Part shown: positions 25,468 to 36,738 of the stretch, one piece after another
Numbering within the stretch: position 1 is the stretch's first letter
Layout of the letters: each line of letters opens with the position of its first letter
Assembly (NCBI GenBank): GCA_017499595.2
Contig: CM039002.1
Coordinates: forward strand, 620,001 to 684,000
DNA: 64,000 nt
DNA from: Psilocybe cubensis
Taxonomy: Eukaryota
Direction: 5' to 3'
Notes under the pieces: model-generated
The model's database searches: none
Told to the model about the DNA's origin: nothing
The model's input: the letters and a program-made list of their open reading frames with translations, nothing else
Program-made: the position numbers and the translations under genes

Positions 25468-28290
25468 TAATATACATGGTTATAAATTGTTAAGCCTGTA
25501 GTAAAAAGTGAAAACTTGGCAGAGAGTCGATGGACTTTAGACAAGTGCTAAGTCATTATTGCATCTTTCAAGTTCAAGTTACTTTTCGTCAGATGATGAA
25601 CTTTCAGCGTCGGATACGAGCACAAAATTCCTTTGCTTATACCTAACCTTTTACTTTGGACGCCTGATATTCTTACGTGGAGTGCGCAGCCAGAACGTTG
25701 AAATACGCGAACACTCAAATTTCAAACTTGATTCAAAGGACAAAGGTTGCTGAATTTTCTCCATTTTCTTCGGAGGACCGAGATTTGAAATGTAACGCGT
25801 GACTACCACGAGGTACTCCGAGTCTATATTGGGGTACGACGATACCAAAACGGGAACACTATTTTTTTTTGGAATCTGTTTATGGGAACACGAATTTCAT
25901 CTCTTGTATCTGGAAGATTTGTGGTCGTATCAAATTTGTATGCTGTTACAATAGCGACATTTCCGTTGCGATTCTTGAAGCTTGATGGCACATCGTGTGT
26001 AGTACTTAACTTGGCTGCCCATGCCTTCATACCGGAGGTCCCCTAACTTATTGCAGGCTCAAGCCGTTGAATAAATCCTCTATCAATTTCACCCTTTCTT
26101 TCCCTCTTGGGCTGACCTTGCACTTGAGAGGCTTAGGCATAAAGGATATTCCCTAATATTGCATCCAGTTTCTCAGTAATTCAATGAGCATGCACAAATT
26201 GAAGCTAGTACTTACATCGTTGTACTCATCCTCCAGGTTCCACTTAGTTCCCGATGCATTCGAACCATCTGTCGGAGTGAGGTCAAACGCCCAAATGAGC
26301 CTCATGGTAATGAGATTCTACAGTCAAATTTTATGTATGATTGAACGTAATCTTAGAGTCGAATGCATGTGATCGTACCGTATTCGTAGTAGCAAGGTGC
26401 ATTCCAGGACATAAACGCTAAGATCAGCTAATTTAGCCTATCGCTCAAAATAATATGTATATTTGAGAAAATAAATACCTTTCCGCCTCCGAACACGAAG
26501 CTCTGGCGAATGGTGTAACCTTTTTCGAGGCCGGGCTTTGTTCCATCAGTTGTGAAAAGGTACCGTTCTGGCCAGAAGTCATCTGGACGTTCGAAAAGTT
26601 CTACAAAACGTTTATTGATCAATGTACATCTTATTTTATTGTAGAGATGCATACTTGAATCATGCATGACGCCCCCTAACACAATGCGAAAACAATGAGC
26701 GACGATATTGTGTGATTTACCATGGATGGCAATTACAAGTGTTTATCAAAATGGGAACGCCCTTCGGGATGATGTAGCCTCGATACTAAAAGCATGTGCC
26801 ATTCATGGCTATATGATAGGCCAAAAAACATTGACTCACTTCTAAATCCTTTATTGCAGCGTGTGGAATGCCAAGGGGCCCTACGGGCCTCAGACGATGT
26901 ACCTATGGTCATGACTTGAGTGATCATCACTAAGATATAAGAATTGAATGAACTTCGCGAATAACAGCTTGAATGTATGGCAGGTTATTAATATCCTCCA
27001 ATGCTGGGAGCCTGCTGCTGCTAATAACCGAATCAATCTCAGCTTGTGCCTTTTTCAAACATGACGGGTATTTTATGAGGCATAGAATCAAAGAATGAAT
27101 GAACGCCGAGGTTGTATCAGTTGCGGCGTCAACCATTACTCCACCTATATAACTAAATTCAATGAGTAAAAACGCATGGTTAATGTACCACAGGTGCACG
27201 GTTTGCGCTGCTCACCCTATCATTTCCCGACTCAGTCCGAGATCTATTTGATGCTCTAGGACACCTTGGATGATGCTTCCATCTATTTGACCACTCTCCA
27301 ACCTCTTTTCTGCATGTTCAAGCAAGGAGAAGTATAAGGCTCTTTGCTGGCTGCGGGTCTTCCTCCAGAGCTTTTTCCACGGTGCGCAAAATTCAGAGAG
27401 ATATTTCAGAATGGGTATGAGGTCGACTGGAGTGGCTCCAGGTAATACAATCTTTGAGAAATGACGAAAGTATTGGGTAAATAATGTCAATTCTGGCGTA
27501 TCATTTGTAGCTGCTGATTTTTCGTAAACCACAGAGATCGTCAGCGAGAATGCCAAACGATAAATATGAGAGCAAAGATCCTGAAAGACAGTGGATGAGA
27601 GAGGCTTGCATAAGCAAACAATGTACAGGGCCGTCACCTCCGGACTATGTAAAACATTGTACAAGAACTGTGTAGTTTCGGCCTCAGCAATTGGGAGATG
27701 AGCATGTACGGCCTGCGGAGACACCAGAGATTTTATGGCGTTGCGTCCAGCTTTCCAAAGGTGACTATCTGTATGTAAGCATTATACCAGTGTGGTTAGC
27801 GTACATTAGTTTCTAATGTCAATATAAAGAGACTACACTTGCCAGCAGGTGCAAATGGGAAAAAATTTCCTTCAGTGACAGCATGCATTGCGTGTAGAAA
27901 AGGGCGGTTCGACGTTTCACTCGCTCTGTCCTCTAGAAGCTCCTTCACAATTGTCGCATCCGAAAGAACGATTATTGTTTCATTCAATGCTTTCAACTGT
28001 TCCGGTAATTTACTCTCAGGCCCTTCACAGAAAGAAAAGACACATACAGAGAAGATCCCTCCATATTGATTGGCCAACTTGCTAAATCTAATTAGCAGTA
28101 GTATACGTCGTATGTGTGCAACTTAGCGCTTATCAGATTGAGCAAAACAAGCCAATGACTCACTCAAGGAATGGAAATTTCAGCGGGATTTGGTGCATGT
28201 TGCCGACTATAGGAAATGTTGGAGGTCCGGGTGGTAAATTTTTGTCTCGTTTTCCAATCAGAAGCAGCTTGGAAATGATCCAAGCCATAG
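25468..28290. repeat. left arm of long inverted duplication (pairs with ~54808-57570)
   Basis: Identical or near-identical ORF-track translations on opposite strands (27796-28077 vs 55021-55302; 27839-28069 vs 55029-55259; 26930-27199 vs 55901-56170). The 3' flank 25468-26040 also matches 57060-57570, with indels. Confidence 0.95.
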
Positions 28291-28321
28291 CACATGTAGT
28301 CAACAGCGCGACGAGCATCAT
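26048..28321 (-). CDS. cytochrome P450 (P450-A), multi-exon
   Basis: N-terminal TM + LPPGPPTFPIVGN, I-helix DAATDTT, ExxR (IRE/VHR), PERY and heme motif FVFGGGK/RLCPG across introns; stop TAA 26048-26050. Confidence 0.92.
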
Positions 28322-31145
28322 AACACCTTGCCACCGAGCGGAACGCTGGTTAGAGGGTCAGTATCCTTTAGTAGTAACGGGGCTTTGTTGATGGTAGAAG
28401 TCTTTGGGAATTGTGCCTAGAGGAAAGGAAGAGTCGATTTGAAGCCTTATAAAACATGGGTTTGTGGCACTCAGGAATGACAGAAGGATAAACGATGTAT
28501 AGGGCTACCAGTGCTCAGGTGCGTCAGAAGAAGCAGTGAAAATGATCAATCAATCATTTAACGCTTTGGAACATTCTTGAAACGCCTTACTTGAAGTGAA
28601 ATGAATGGGGTACTTTGATAGTTTTCCATTTTGGTAGACTGGAGGTGGCAGCATATATACTAAAAATAGGAGCTTTGGTGGACCCCATGTTCTGCCCATC
28701 ACTTAAAGTTAAACACGGCATCTAGTCTCTGGAATCCCACCGTCATTCAGGAGAGGGCACGAAAAAGTTAAAATTTTAGTCTTTTTTTGGAACCTCTCCC
28801 CGTGGGGGGCATAAGGCCCAATTGTTTCCGAAGTTTCGAAATCTATCTCTGATGAAGATAGGGGCGTTATATATGAGTGAGGACACTTGCAGGTCAAGTG
28901 AGTGCAGGGACTTCGAACTCTTAGTAGTCTACCAGCAAATTTATTCAGCATAACAGTGATAGATTATACATATTGTGTAGATCTTGAAATAACATTTTAC
29001 CTTGAACCCCACCCAGTAGACCCACTGCCAGTTAAACAGGATCAAGTTTATTGTATGCATTCTCAATGACATCCATTCTTTGATTATCCCTGGGGGTGAT
29101 TTTACACCTAAAGGGCTTAGGCGATAAAGTAATTCCCTTGCGTAGATGGTTACATGTAATGCATGTATGTGATGTAGGGGTCCACTCACGTCTTTGTACT
29201 CGACTTCTATTTCTCTCCAGTGCTGGGTTACCTCACCATCAATCGGGGAAATGTCGAATGCCCAAAGAAGACGCATGACGGCAAGACTCTGTCAGCAATG
29301 ATTAGAGCGAACACAACTTCGAGCGACAATGACTATACAATGTTTGATTTTGCGAGGTGGATTCCGGGGCATATTCGCTAAATAAAAGGGAAGCCGGCAT
29401 TCAATGTGCCGTATATTCTATTGAAAGTGAAGGTCTAGAAACGTACCTTACCACACCCAAACATAAAGTTTAGACCGATCGTGTAACCTTTGTTAAGGCC
29501 TGGCTTTGTCCCATCTGGCGTCATCAAGTACCTCTCTGGCCAAAACTCTTCCGGCCGTTCAAACAGTTCTGAAAAATGCTTTTAAACATCGATAATAATT
29601 AAACAGCAACACATTACACACCAGGGTCGTGCATCATTCCCCCTAAGAACGGTAGAAATACTTAGACGGTGCCCAAGTTAACGGGGTAATTGACGTACAC
29701 ATGTTAATGAAGATTGTAGCACCCATTGGAATGATATATTCATCATACTTGGAATGACAAATGTCAAGACGCACACCAATCCGCAGAAGGAATATTTCCT
29801 CACTTGAAAGTCTTTTCCTGCAGCGTGCGGTACTCCACTTGGACCAACAGATCTTATACGAAACACCTAGTTGATTCAAATGTCACCAATTTTCAAAATG
29901 CAAATCTAAAGTGGTACAAAGAGCAAACCTCTTTTATTAATGCTTGAACGTATGGCAAGTGATCTATATCGGAGGCAAATGGAAGTCTTTCCCGACTGAC
30001 AACAGCGTCAAGTTCCTCTTGCGCTTTTTGCAGAGACTCAGGTGATTTGAGAAGGCAAAGAATTAAGGATTGGATAAGCGCCGCTGAAGTCTCAGTACCT
30101 CCATCCAACATGACTCCTCCAATATACCTAAATGTTGCGAGGTCAGTCCTAATAAAAAAATGCAACTGTAACACCCACCCTAGCATTTCCCTGTTTACCA
30201 CATCACCTGGCATTTTTTCCAAGAGGCCTTCCATAATAGTCCCTCCACCTACTGGGCCATGTCTGAATTCCTGCTCCGTGTGATCAAGCAGGGAGAAATA
30301 CAACATTCGCTGAAGTTGACGTGTCTTTCTCCAGAGTTTTTTCCACGGCGCCCAGCGCTCTGGAACGTATTTGAGAACAGGGAAGAGATCTACCGGAGCC
30401 GCATCGCCAGGTGAAAGCATCTTTGTAAAATGGTGGAAATAGTCGCAAAAAAGGGTAAAATCTTGAGAGTCGATCCTAGGAGCAGGCTTCCCATAGAGAA
30501 CCGATGCCATAAACGAGTACGTGAAACGAGTGATATGGGTGTAGATGTGCTGCAGAACTCGTATCAGTATCCGGAACGGGAAAATAAGTGGTATCGGGTC
30601 GTGTACTTCGGGTTGGTGTAAGATGTCGTACAATAACCGTGCCGACTCTTTCTCAGCAACATGAAGATGAGTTTGGACAGCTTGAAGTGAGACCAGAGAC
30701 TGCATTGCCTTGCGCCCAAATTTCCAAACCTGACTCTCTATACAAGTATCAGCGCAAGCAATAGTTCAACATTTAAGAATTCATGGACTGGCAGCACCCA
30801 CCGGATCCCGAGAATGCAAAGTAGTTCCCGCCAGTAACAACATCTAACGTGTGTGTATAAGGACGCTCGGAAGTCTCGTTAGCTCGATCTTCTAAAATTT
30901 CCTTAACAATTTTTGCGTTTGATAACACGATAATGGTCTCGTTAGCAATTTTCAGCTATTACACATATATCAATGCAGCTCAGAGGCTGGTTGCGAGTAA
31001 AACGTACAGAGAAAATTCCCCCGTAGTCTTTTGCCCATTCAGTAAACCTGGATCATCGCCTGAAATCAGCGGTAAAGAAAACGAGTAATGCAGGCAAGGT
31101 CGCACTTGAGAAAAGCGAATTTGCTGGGAATCATATGAATATTGC

Positions 31146-31154
31146 CGAGTAGTG
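31146..31154. repeat. target site duplication, left copy (CGAGTAGTG)
   Basis: Identical to 39432-39440; a single copy restores the P450 reading frame (P-L-L-G). Confidence 0.95.
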
Positions 31155-31182
31155 CAGAAAGGTTCGTCCACGAGTTTTTTTC

Positions 31183-31216
31183 GCGCGGACAGTCTGGCGG
31201 ACAGTCCGCCGGACTC
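31183..31216. repeat. left subterminal repeat array (12-bp period, core CGGACAGTCYG)
   Basis: GCGCGGACAGTCTGGCGGACAGTCCGCCGGACTC, starting at base 29 of the element. Confidence 0.9.
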
Positions 31217-31610
31217 TGGGTGTATCGTGGGTATTTGTGACCATAGTGTGACCTCCGGGCCACGTCGGGGGCCCACTTGCATGGTCACTGTTCGAGGCAG
31301 CGAGCTCAATGCTTTCCAACAATGCCCCGCCGCTTGATGCGCTACACGGCGCACGCATTGTTGTTGCCACTTGACACTACTGCCAAACACGTGAGAATTG
31401 GGCCGGCTTATTGCGGCTTCTTTTCCATTTTTGGATATTGTGGCTGGCCCAACGCAGCCACTCGTGTTTAGACGCGCTTTGTAGCGCCAAAGCTAGAAAT
31501 CTCTGCATTGACATACTATGTAGCTCTCTATAGGGAGATATATGTAATATGACAACCGAAAATCTATAAATTTGGCACAAGTTCTTGAGTTTTAGAGCAT
31601 AGTTTTAGCA

Positions 31611-34403
31611 ATGAACCCAGATAACCTACCTCCTGATCCTACTATATCACCTATTGGTCTTTGTCCAGGAAGATCCAACCGCCCATGTGGAAGACCTATG
31701 CCACCTATAGCTATATACAAAGCTACTGGATCTCCTTCCAAGAGGCATTTGAAAGGATCTCTCTGTCAAACTGTATGTGTTATTAACTTAGCTTATTGTG
31801 CAAGTCTAATTAATTGTCTAGTGTTCTGATTATAGGTGTTTGTACACCTATCATCATACTCCTGCATATATATATGAGGATGCCCAACGTCTTTTGCACC
31901 GAATTAATTTTCCTGATGATCCACAGGGCTATCCTCGCACTCTTAGACCTTATATTTCCATTTCAAACACTGCCAATCATTCTTCTTCTCAGCCAAATCA
32001 GACTCAACAAAGACGAGCTCAGTCCAACTCTACTGGTGTTATTCCTATTCCAATATCAGATAAACTACTCTGCACAGTTTCTACATGCTTTACAAAGTCA
32101 GGAACCCGAACTCAAGGGAGTAGAACTTGCATTGAAAATAAATGCAAGACCTGTTGTACCAAAGCTTGCAAAGATGCCATTTCTAAGCAAGCTTTTAGAA
32201 AGGCATGTCATGCCCATCGCCAGCCCGAAAATGTACCTTATGCTCCTGATATTTCAACTCCTGCTTCTCCAGAAAGAATCTCTCAAGTTCATTCTCCTCC
32301 TCTTCCTCCTCTTTCTACCCAATCTGTTACCCAAAACATTTCTATCTCACCACCACCGAGCCCTTTCAATATTTCTGCTTCTCAGGTCTCTCCAAATCAA
32401 TCCCCAAACCAGGATATGGTTATTTCTACACCACCTGCTACTCAGTTCGGACTTGGACAGGTTATTCCAAGAGGCCTGGCTCAACCTGTAGGAGGTACAT
32501 GGGCACAAAAGCGAACAGGATTACTTAGTCATACCCGAAACCTCAAATCTCTAAAAGTTAAACAACATGAAATGGATGAACAACGAAAAAGAACATGTAT
32601 TTTGGTTGTATATCACACTGTGAGTTCATATTCTTGTTTATATTCAAGCAGTTAATAATATTCTTCTAGAATGGACAGCCTCCTATTAGGCTTGAATATT
32701 ATATACAATCCTTTCCCCATTTTCGCTTGTCAGACTCTGCTGAGTTAATGAAAAACTTGGAGCTTCAGCCAACAACCAAACTGGATTACTGGAAAGGAGA
32801 ATGGGTAACTCTCACCATGGAAAGTGTTCTTACTGTTGAAAAGGGCCAAAGACTGATTTTAAAAATCCGTCCAAGCCTTAGAGAAACATTAGAGCACTGT
32901 CCTGGAATTGAAGATGAGCTCAAACTACAACCAAAGACATCACAAGCTTTGTTAGCCCAACAACACACCACATTAGTGTCGCCTATTCGTCAATCTGCAA
33001 TACAGGAAGCATCTTCTCTAACAATTACACATTCTACCTCAAGAAATCGGTCTGCTAGTCCAATTTTATCAAATCATATCCATATTCCTAGGAAGAAGCG
33101 CCCACATGGATATAGAACCCCAAATTCATCAGACAGTGATTTACCCCCACCACCAAAAGTTCTAAAGAAATCTCATAACTTACCACCACCACCAAAGGTT
33201 CTAAAGAAATCTCATAACTCTACAAAGCAGTGGCCGTTTGATTTCAAGGTCTATCAAATTCACAATGGATTTCTTCAAATGCAAGAAACACTATCCAAAT
33301 CTCAAACCTCTAGAAGCAACCCTTATATGAAGTCATCCAAGAAATCTGCATTATCTATTCGTCCAAGATCTCGTATAAGTGTCAAAGATGCTTTCTATGC
33401 TGCTTTTCCAGATGCTTCTTTTCACAAATCCACATTTTATGAACACAAATCTTATTGGAAAACATATGACAAAGATATTGTTGGCTATTTTGTGGACATG
33501 GGCAACTCGAAACAGGCAACATATAGGTCATTACAGGCTGCCTTAAAAAACCCCCAGGATATTCCAGATACCTTTTCTGAGTCCTCCTCTTCAGACAGCT
33601 TGGATGACTCAAGTTCTTCAGAAAACATCAGTCCTAGTGCTCGTGTCAGCCCTCTTTCCCATATTTCCTTGCCTCATATAGCTCAGTCTAATGTCAATGG
33701 TGGATTATTGACCAAAGAAAAGATATCCAGTCTCCGTCATCAAATCCAGGGTGATAAAGAATTACTTTGTTACGTTCTTATGGACCCTGAAGAAAGCATG
33801 TTTTTCTGTAATTCCAGAAAAACCTTTGAAGCTAGCTGCAGTCAAACTCCGGATAAATCAAAGAATCAACTTCTTTTAGATTGCATTGCCTAGTAAGTAA
33901 TTTTATACTGCTCTTAGATGGCTAGATTTACTAATTTGTATCTTCTACAAAGCTATGGTCCAGAGATACAAGCTCTTATTATTTCTGAGCTAAGAGAAAT
34001 GTTTCCTGAAGATTCAGAAGACATAGATATGTCAATTCTACAGCCTCTCACCTATGATTCAGTTATTGAAGAGGTGCTTTTTCCTGAAACAGTGACACTT
34101 CTCATTCAAGAAGATCTTCGGATTTCTATGCTAGAAGTAATGCAACTTTTGCAAGACAAGCATGCTATCACCAAGGATGCAGCAATATCTACTCCTACTA
34201 TAAAAGAAGAGAAGAGTGATAGTATTACCCTCACTGGCTCTGCAAAAGGAAAAGAGCGTGCTGTTATCAGCGGTGATATTATTGACCTGACCGTGGATTC
34301 TCCAGGCCAAAAACCTATCAAGCAGGATGTTTCTGCTCATCCTGGCATTGCTTTTGGTACCTGGGAAATCATTGACTTGACTTTAGAGCCTGATTCTCTG
34401 TAG
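31611..34403 (+). CDS. transposon accessory protein (~877 aa): Cys clusters, RTC4-like C-terminal domain, two IIDLT motifs
   Basis: Exons 31611-31772, 31822-32619, 32670-33892 and 33953-34403 join through GT-AG introns into one 2,634-nt frame. The splice creates AYYGP, followed by EEVLFPETVTLLIQEDL (RTC4-like pattern, recognised from memory). Cys cluster CTVSTC...CIENKCKTCC...C...CHAH. Confidence 0.8.
33141..33218 (+). repeat. 39-bp tandem duplication (LPPPPKVLKKSHN x2)
   Basis: Two adjacent near-identical 39-bp units, in frame. Confidence 0.9.
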
Positions 34404-34921
34404 CTACAGTAGCACTTTGTAACGATTACTTATATTACAATTGAACAAATTTACAGTTAATGCCAATCCGACGACCCAGAAATTGACGAAGTCGTGAGGG
34501 CGCGTGTAGTCACATGACCGTGTGCACATCCATCGTTTACACCTCCCAACACACCCGTTCGCTGTTTCCACCAACCAAGAGGCAGAGAGTATGTTACCAG
34601 GAATTTTCGGGCACGGAAATACACTGGCAACATACTCAAAACCACATCAACAACCCCCGGTCACTGAGAGGCGAGTAGAACAGCTCGCTCGTCAACGTCA
34701 AGACTCCCTGCAAGACCCGACCTCAAAATCCGTGCTGTAAGTCCGTCAAATCACTCCATCGAAATTTTTTGGATGACAACGGGCTCTGGCTTGTATTTGT
34801 AGCCGGAAACAAGTGCGAGTTTTTTAATTGTGGTATGTCTACAGCACTCTTCCCCAAGGAATGACCTGCTCATTGCGCTCATAGCTTCCGTCTCAATAAA
34901 TCCATCGGCCCTCTTTCCCTC

Positions 34922-35089
34922 AGTCGTTCATGCATCATGTTCACTGAGGTAAAGTTTCCACTCTCCCTTTAGCATCCTCTCGCCTAGTCACTAACTACAC
35001 TATTATCTAGTCTCGTGTCTTTCTCTAGGTAGATTGGAACATAGTCGTTCATGCATCATGTTCACTGAGTCTTGTGTCTTTCTCTAGGT
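34922..35089 (+). repeat. tandem pair: intron-containing copy (34922-35030) and intron-less copy (35043-35089)
   Basis: AGTCGTTCATGCATCATGTTCACTGAG-[GTAAAG..CTAAC..CTAG, 34949-35010]-TCTCGTGTCTTTCTCTAGGT versus AGTCGTTCATGCATCATGTTCACTGAG-TCTTGTGTCTTTCTCTAGGT. Confidence 0.9.
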
Positions 35090-35098
35090 CTGATAACG

Positions 35099-35904
35099 AT
35101 GACCTTCGACGACGTCAGACGGTTGAGAGTCGCGGTCTTTGGAGCAGGTGAGCTCCTTCCTCCGGTTAGTTGACTCACATGATGAACTCATAGCTAGTAT
35201 CAAGGCATGGGTGGCCTCACTTGTGCCCTCTCGTTAGCACACGAAGGGTTTCTCTATATCGATGTCTACGAAACTGCGCCCAACCTAGGTTTTGTAGGAG
35301 CAGGAATTCAACTTGCCCCCAATATGGCACGCATTCTCGATAAACTCGGCGTTTGGAAAAAGATCGAGTCCGAGGCTGTCTTAGTCAAGAGCACGAGCAT
35401 CAGACGTAAGTAATATCAGTTCTTGACATAGTAAATCAATGTGCTTAAATCTTCCCAGAGGGAACAACCGACAAAGAGCTCGGCTTTGTCGAGTTCGACT
35501 CCGTCAAAGATAAATATGGCTACGCTCACATGGTAGGACACCGTGCCTCGCTCGCTGGGAGCCTTTACGAAGGCTGCAAAGCACAATCTGCCATTACCTT
35601 TCACTTCTCGACTGCCGTATCTGAAGTGAATTTTGGCGGGGATGACAGGAAGCCATCGTTCTTGGCTACGCCATTAGTAGGTCCAGCCGTGCGAGTCGAG
35701 GCTGATATCATATTAGCCGCCGATGGTATCAAGTCGCTCACTCGAGCAGCAATGCTGAAGGAACTTGGTTCGACGGATCATGTGGTGGATTCTGGACAGG
35801 CTGCATATCGCATTATGCTGACCCGCGAGCAAATGAAGGATGATCCTGAGCTGTTGGAATTAATAGACGCTGACAGAGTTACTCGGTGGATTGGGGAGAA
35901 GCGG
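35099..35904 (+). pseudogene. 3'-truncated FAD-dependent monooxygenase (salicylate hydroxylase-like) captured in the transposon
   Basis: RVAVFGA/GMGGL (GxGxxG), GAGIQLAPN, HRASL, ADGIKS (DG motif) and AAYR, with two introns retained. Similarity appears to stop after RWIGEKR; no GD motif or C-terminal half follows. Confidence 0.85.
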
Positions 35905-36738
35905 CTACTTATTAACGAGCTCGCAGATGTCATGGGTGCGCTCACGCGGACGCCGACGGACTCAGAGCTCAGCGCAATCCTGTTCTCTGTACAACTCAAA
36001 AGTGGTATTCAGAATCGGTCTCTTCCCTTTTGCGACTCCCGTTCAATATTGTCTCCACAATGCTGCCCACAACCCCACAACCTCATCTCTCTCATCAACC
36101 GGACGAACGTTTCTCAACTCGACCTCAGTGTGCCAGAGTGATGTAGAACACGAAATGCCAATGTACCCCGGAAGCATGTATGCGCATCAATACTTAGGAA
36201 AGGAGGATGAGGATGAGGTGGTAGACATGCGTGACAACAGCGCGTGTGAAGGATGTTGGGCGTTGCGGAGGTGCTGCGAGTCAAGTCAAGGTGTGGGATC
36301 AGCATGGGTTGATATATGACGCGGTGAGTTTTCGGCATGTTAATGCGATTTCCTGCCTTCAGTTTCAATGTTTTTGATTCACGTTTGTTCTGGGTCTGGT
36401 TATTGATCGAGTGTTAGCACCCTAGCTTTCAATAAACTGGCATTCACACTTCACACTTTGTTGACGCCGTGCCCATATGTGTTTCTCAGTTTCATCAGTG
36501 GCAAAGCTTATTACAGCTTATTGTTGTGGGGTAGCGAGGCAATACTGGATGCATGTTTTGAAAAACTGCCGCTTGTTTGATAACACCAAGGATCACCCCT
36601 GGGCCGGGGTTATCGTGCGAGCGGCAGGCTTTCAAGACACAGAGCAACAACTAAACCCGGATTGCTGCTTGTTCACAACAACTAATGTAGGTTCCAACAT
36701 GATTTCTAATGCTCTTTATTACAACTTCCTACATATCA

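Noticed and set aside
31814-32491. 225-aa Leu-rich alternative ORF overlapping the accessory gene
   Set aside because: Shifted frame of a Pro/Ser-rich exon; only the 31840 frame splices in phase with the neighbouring exons.
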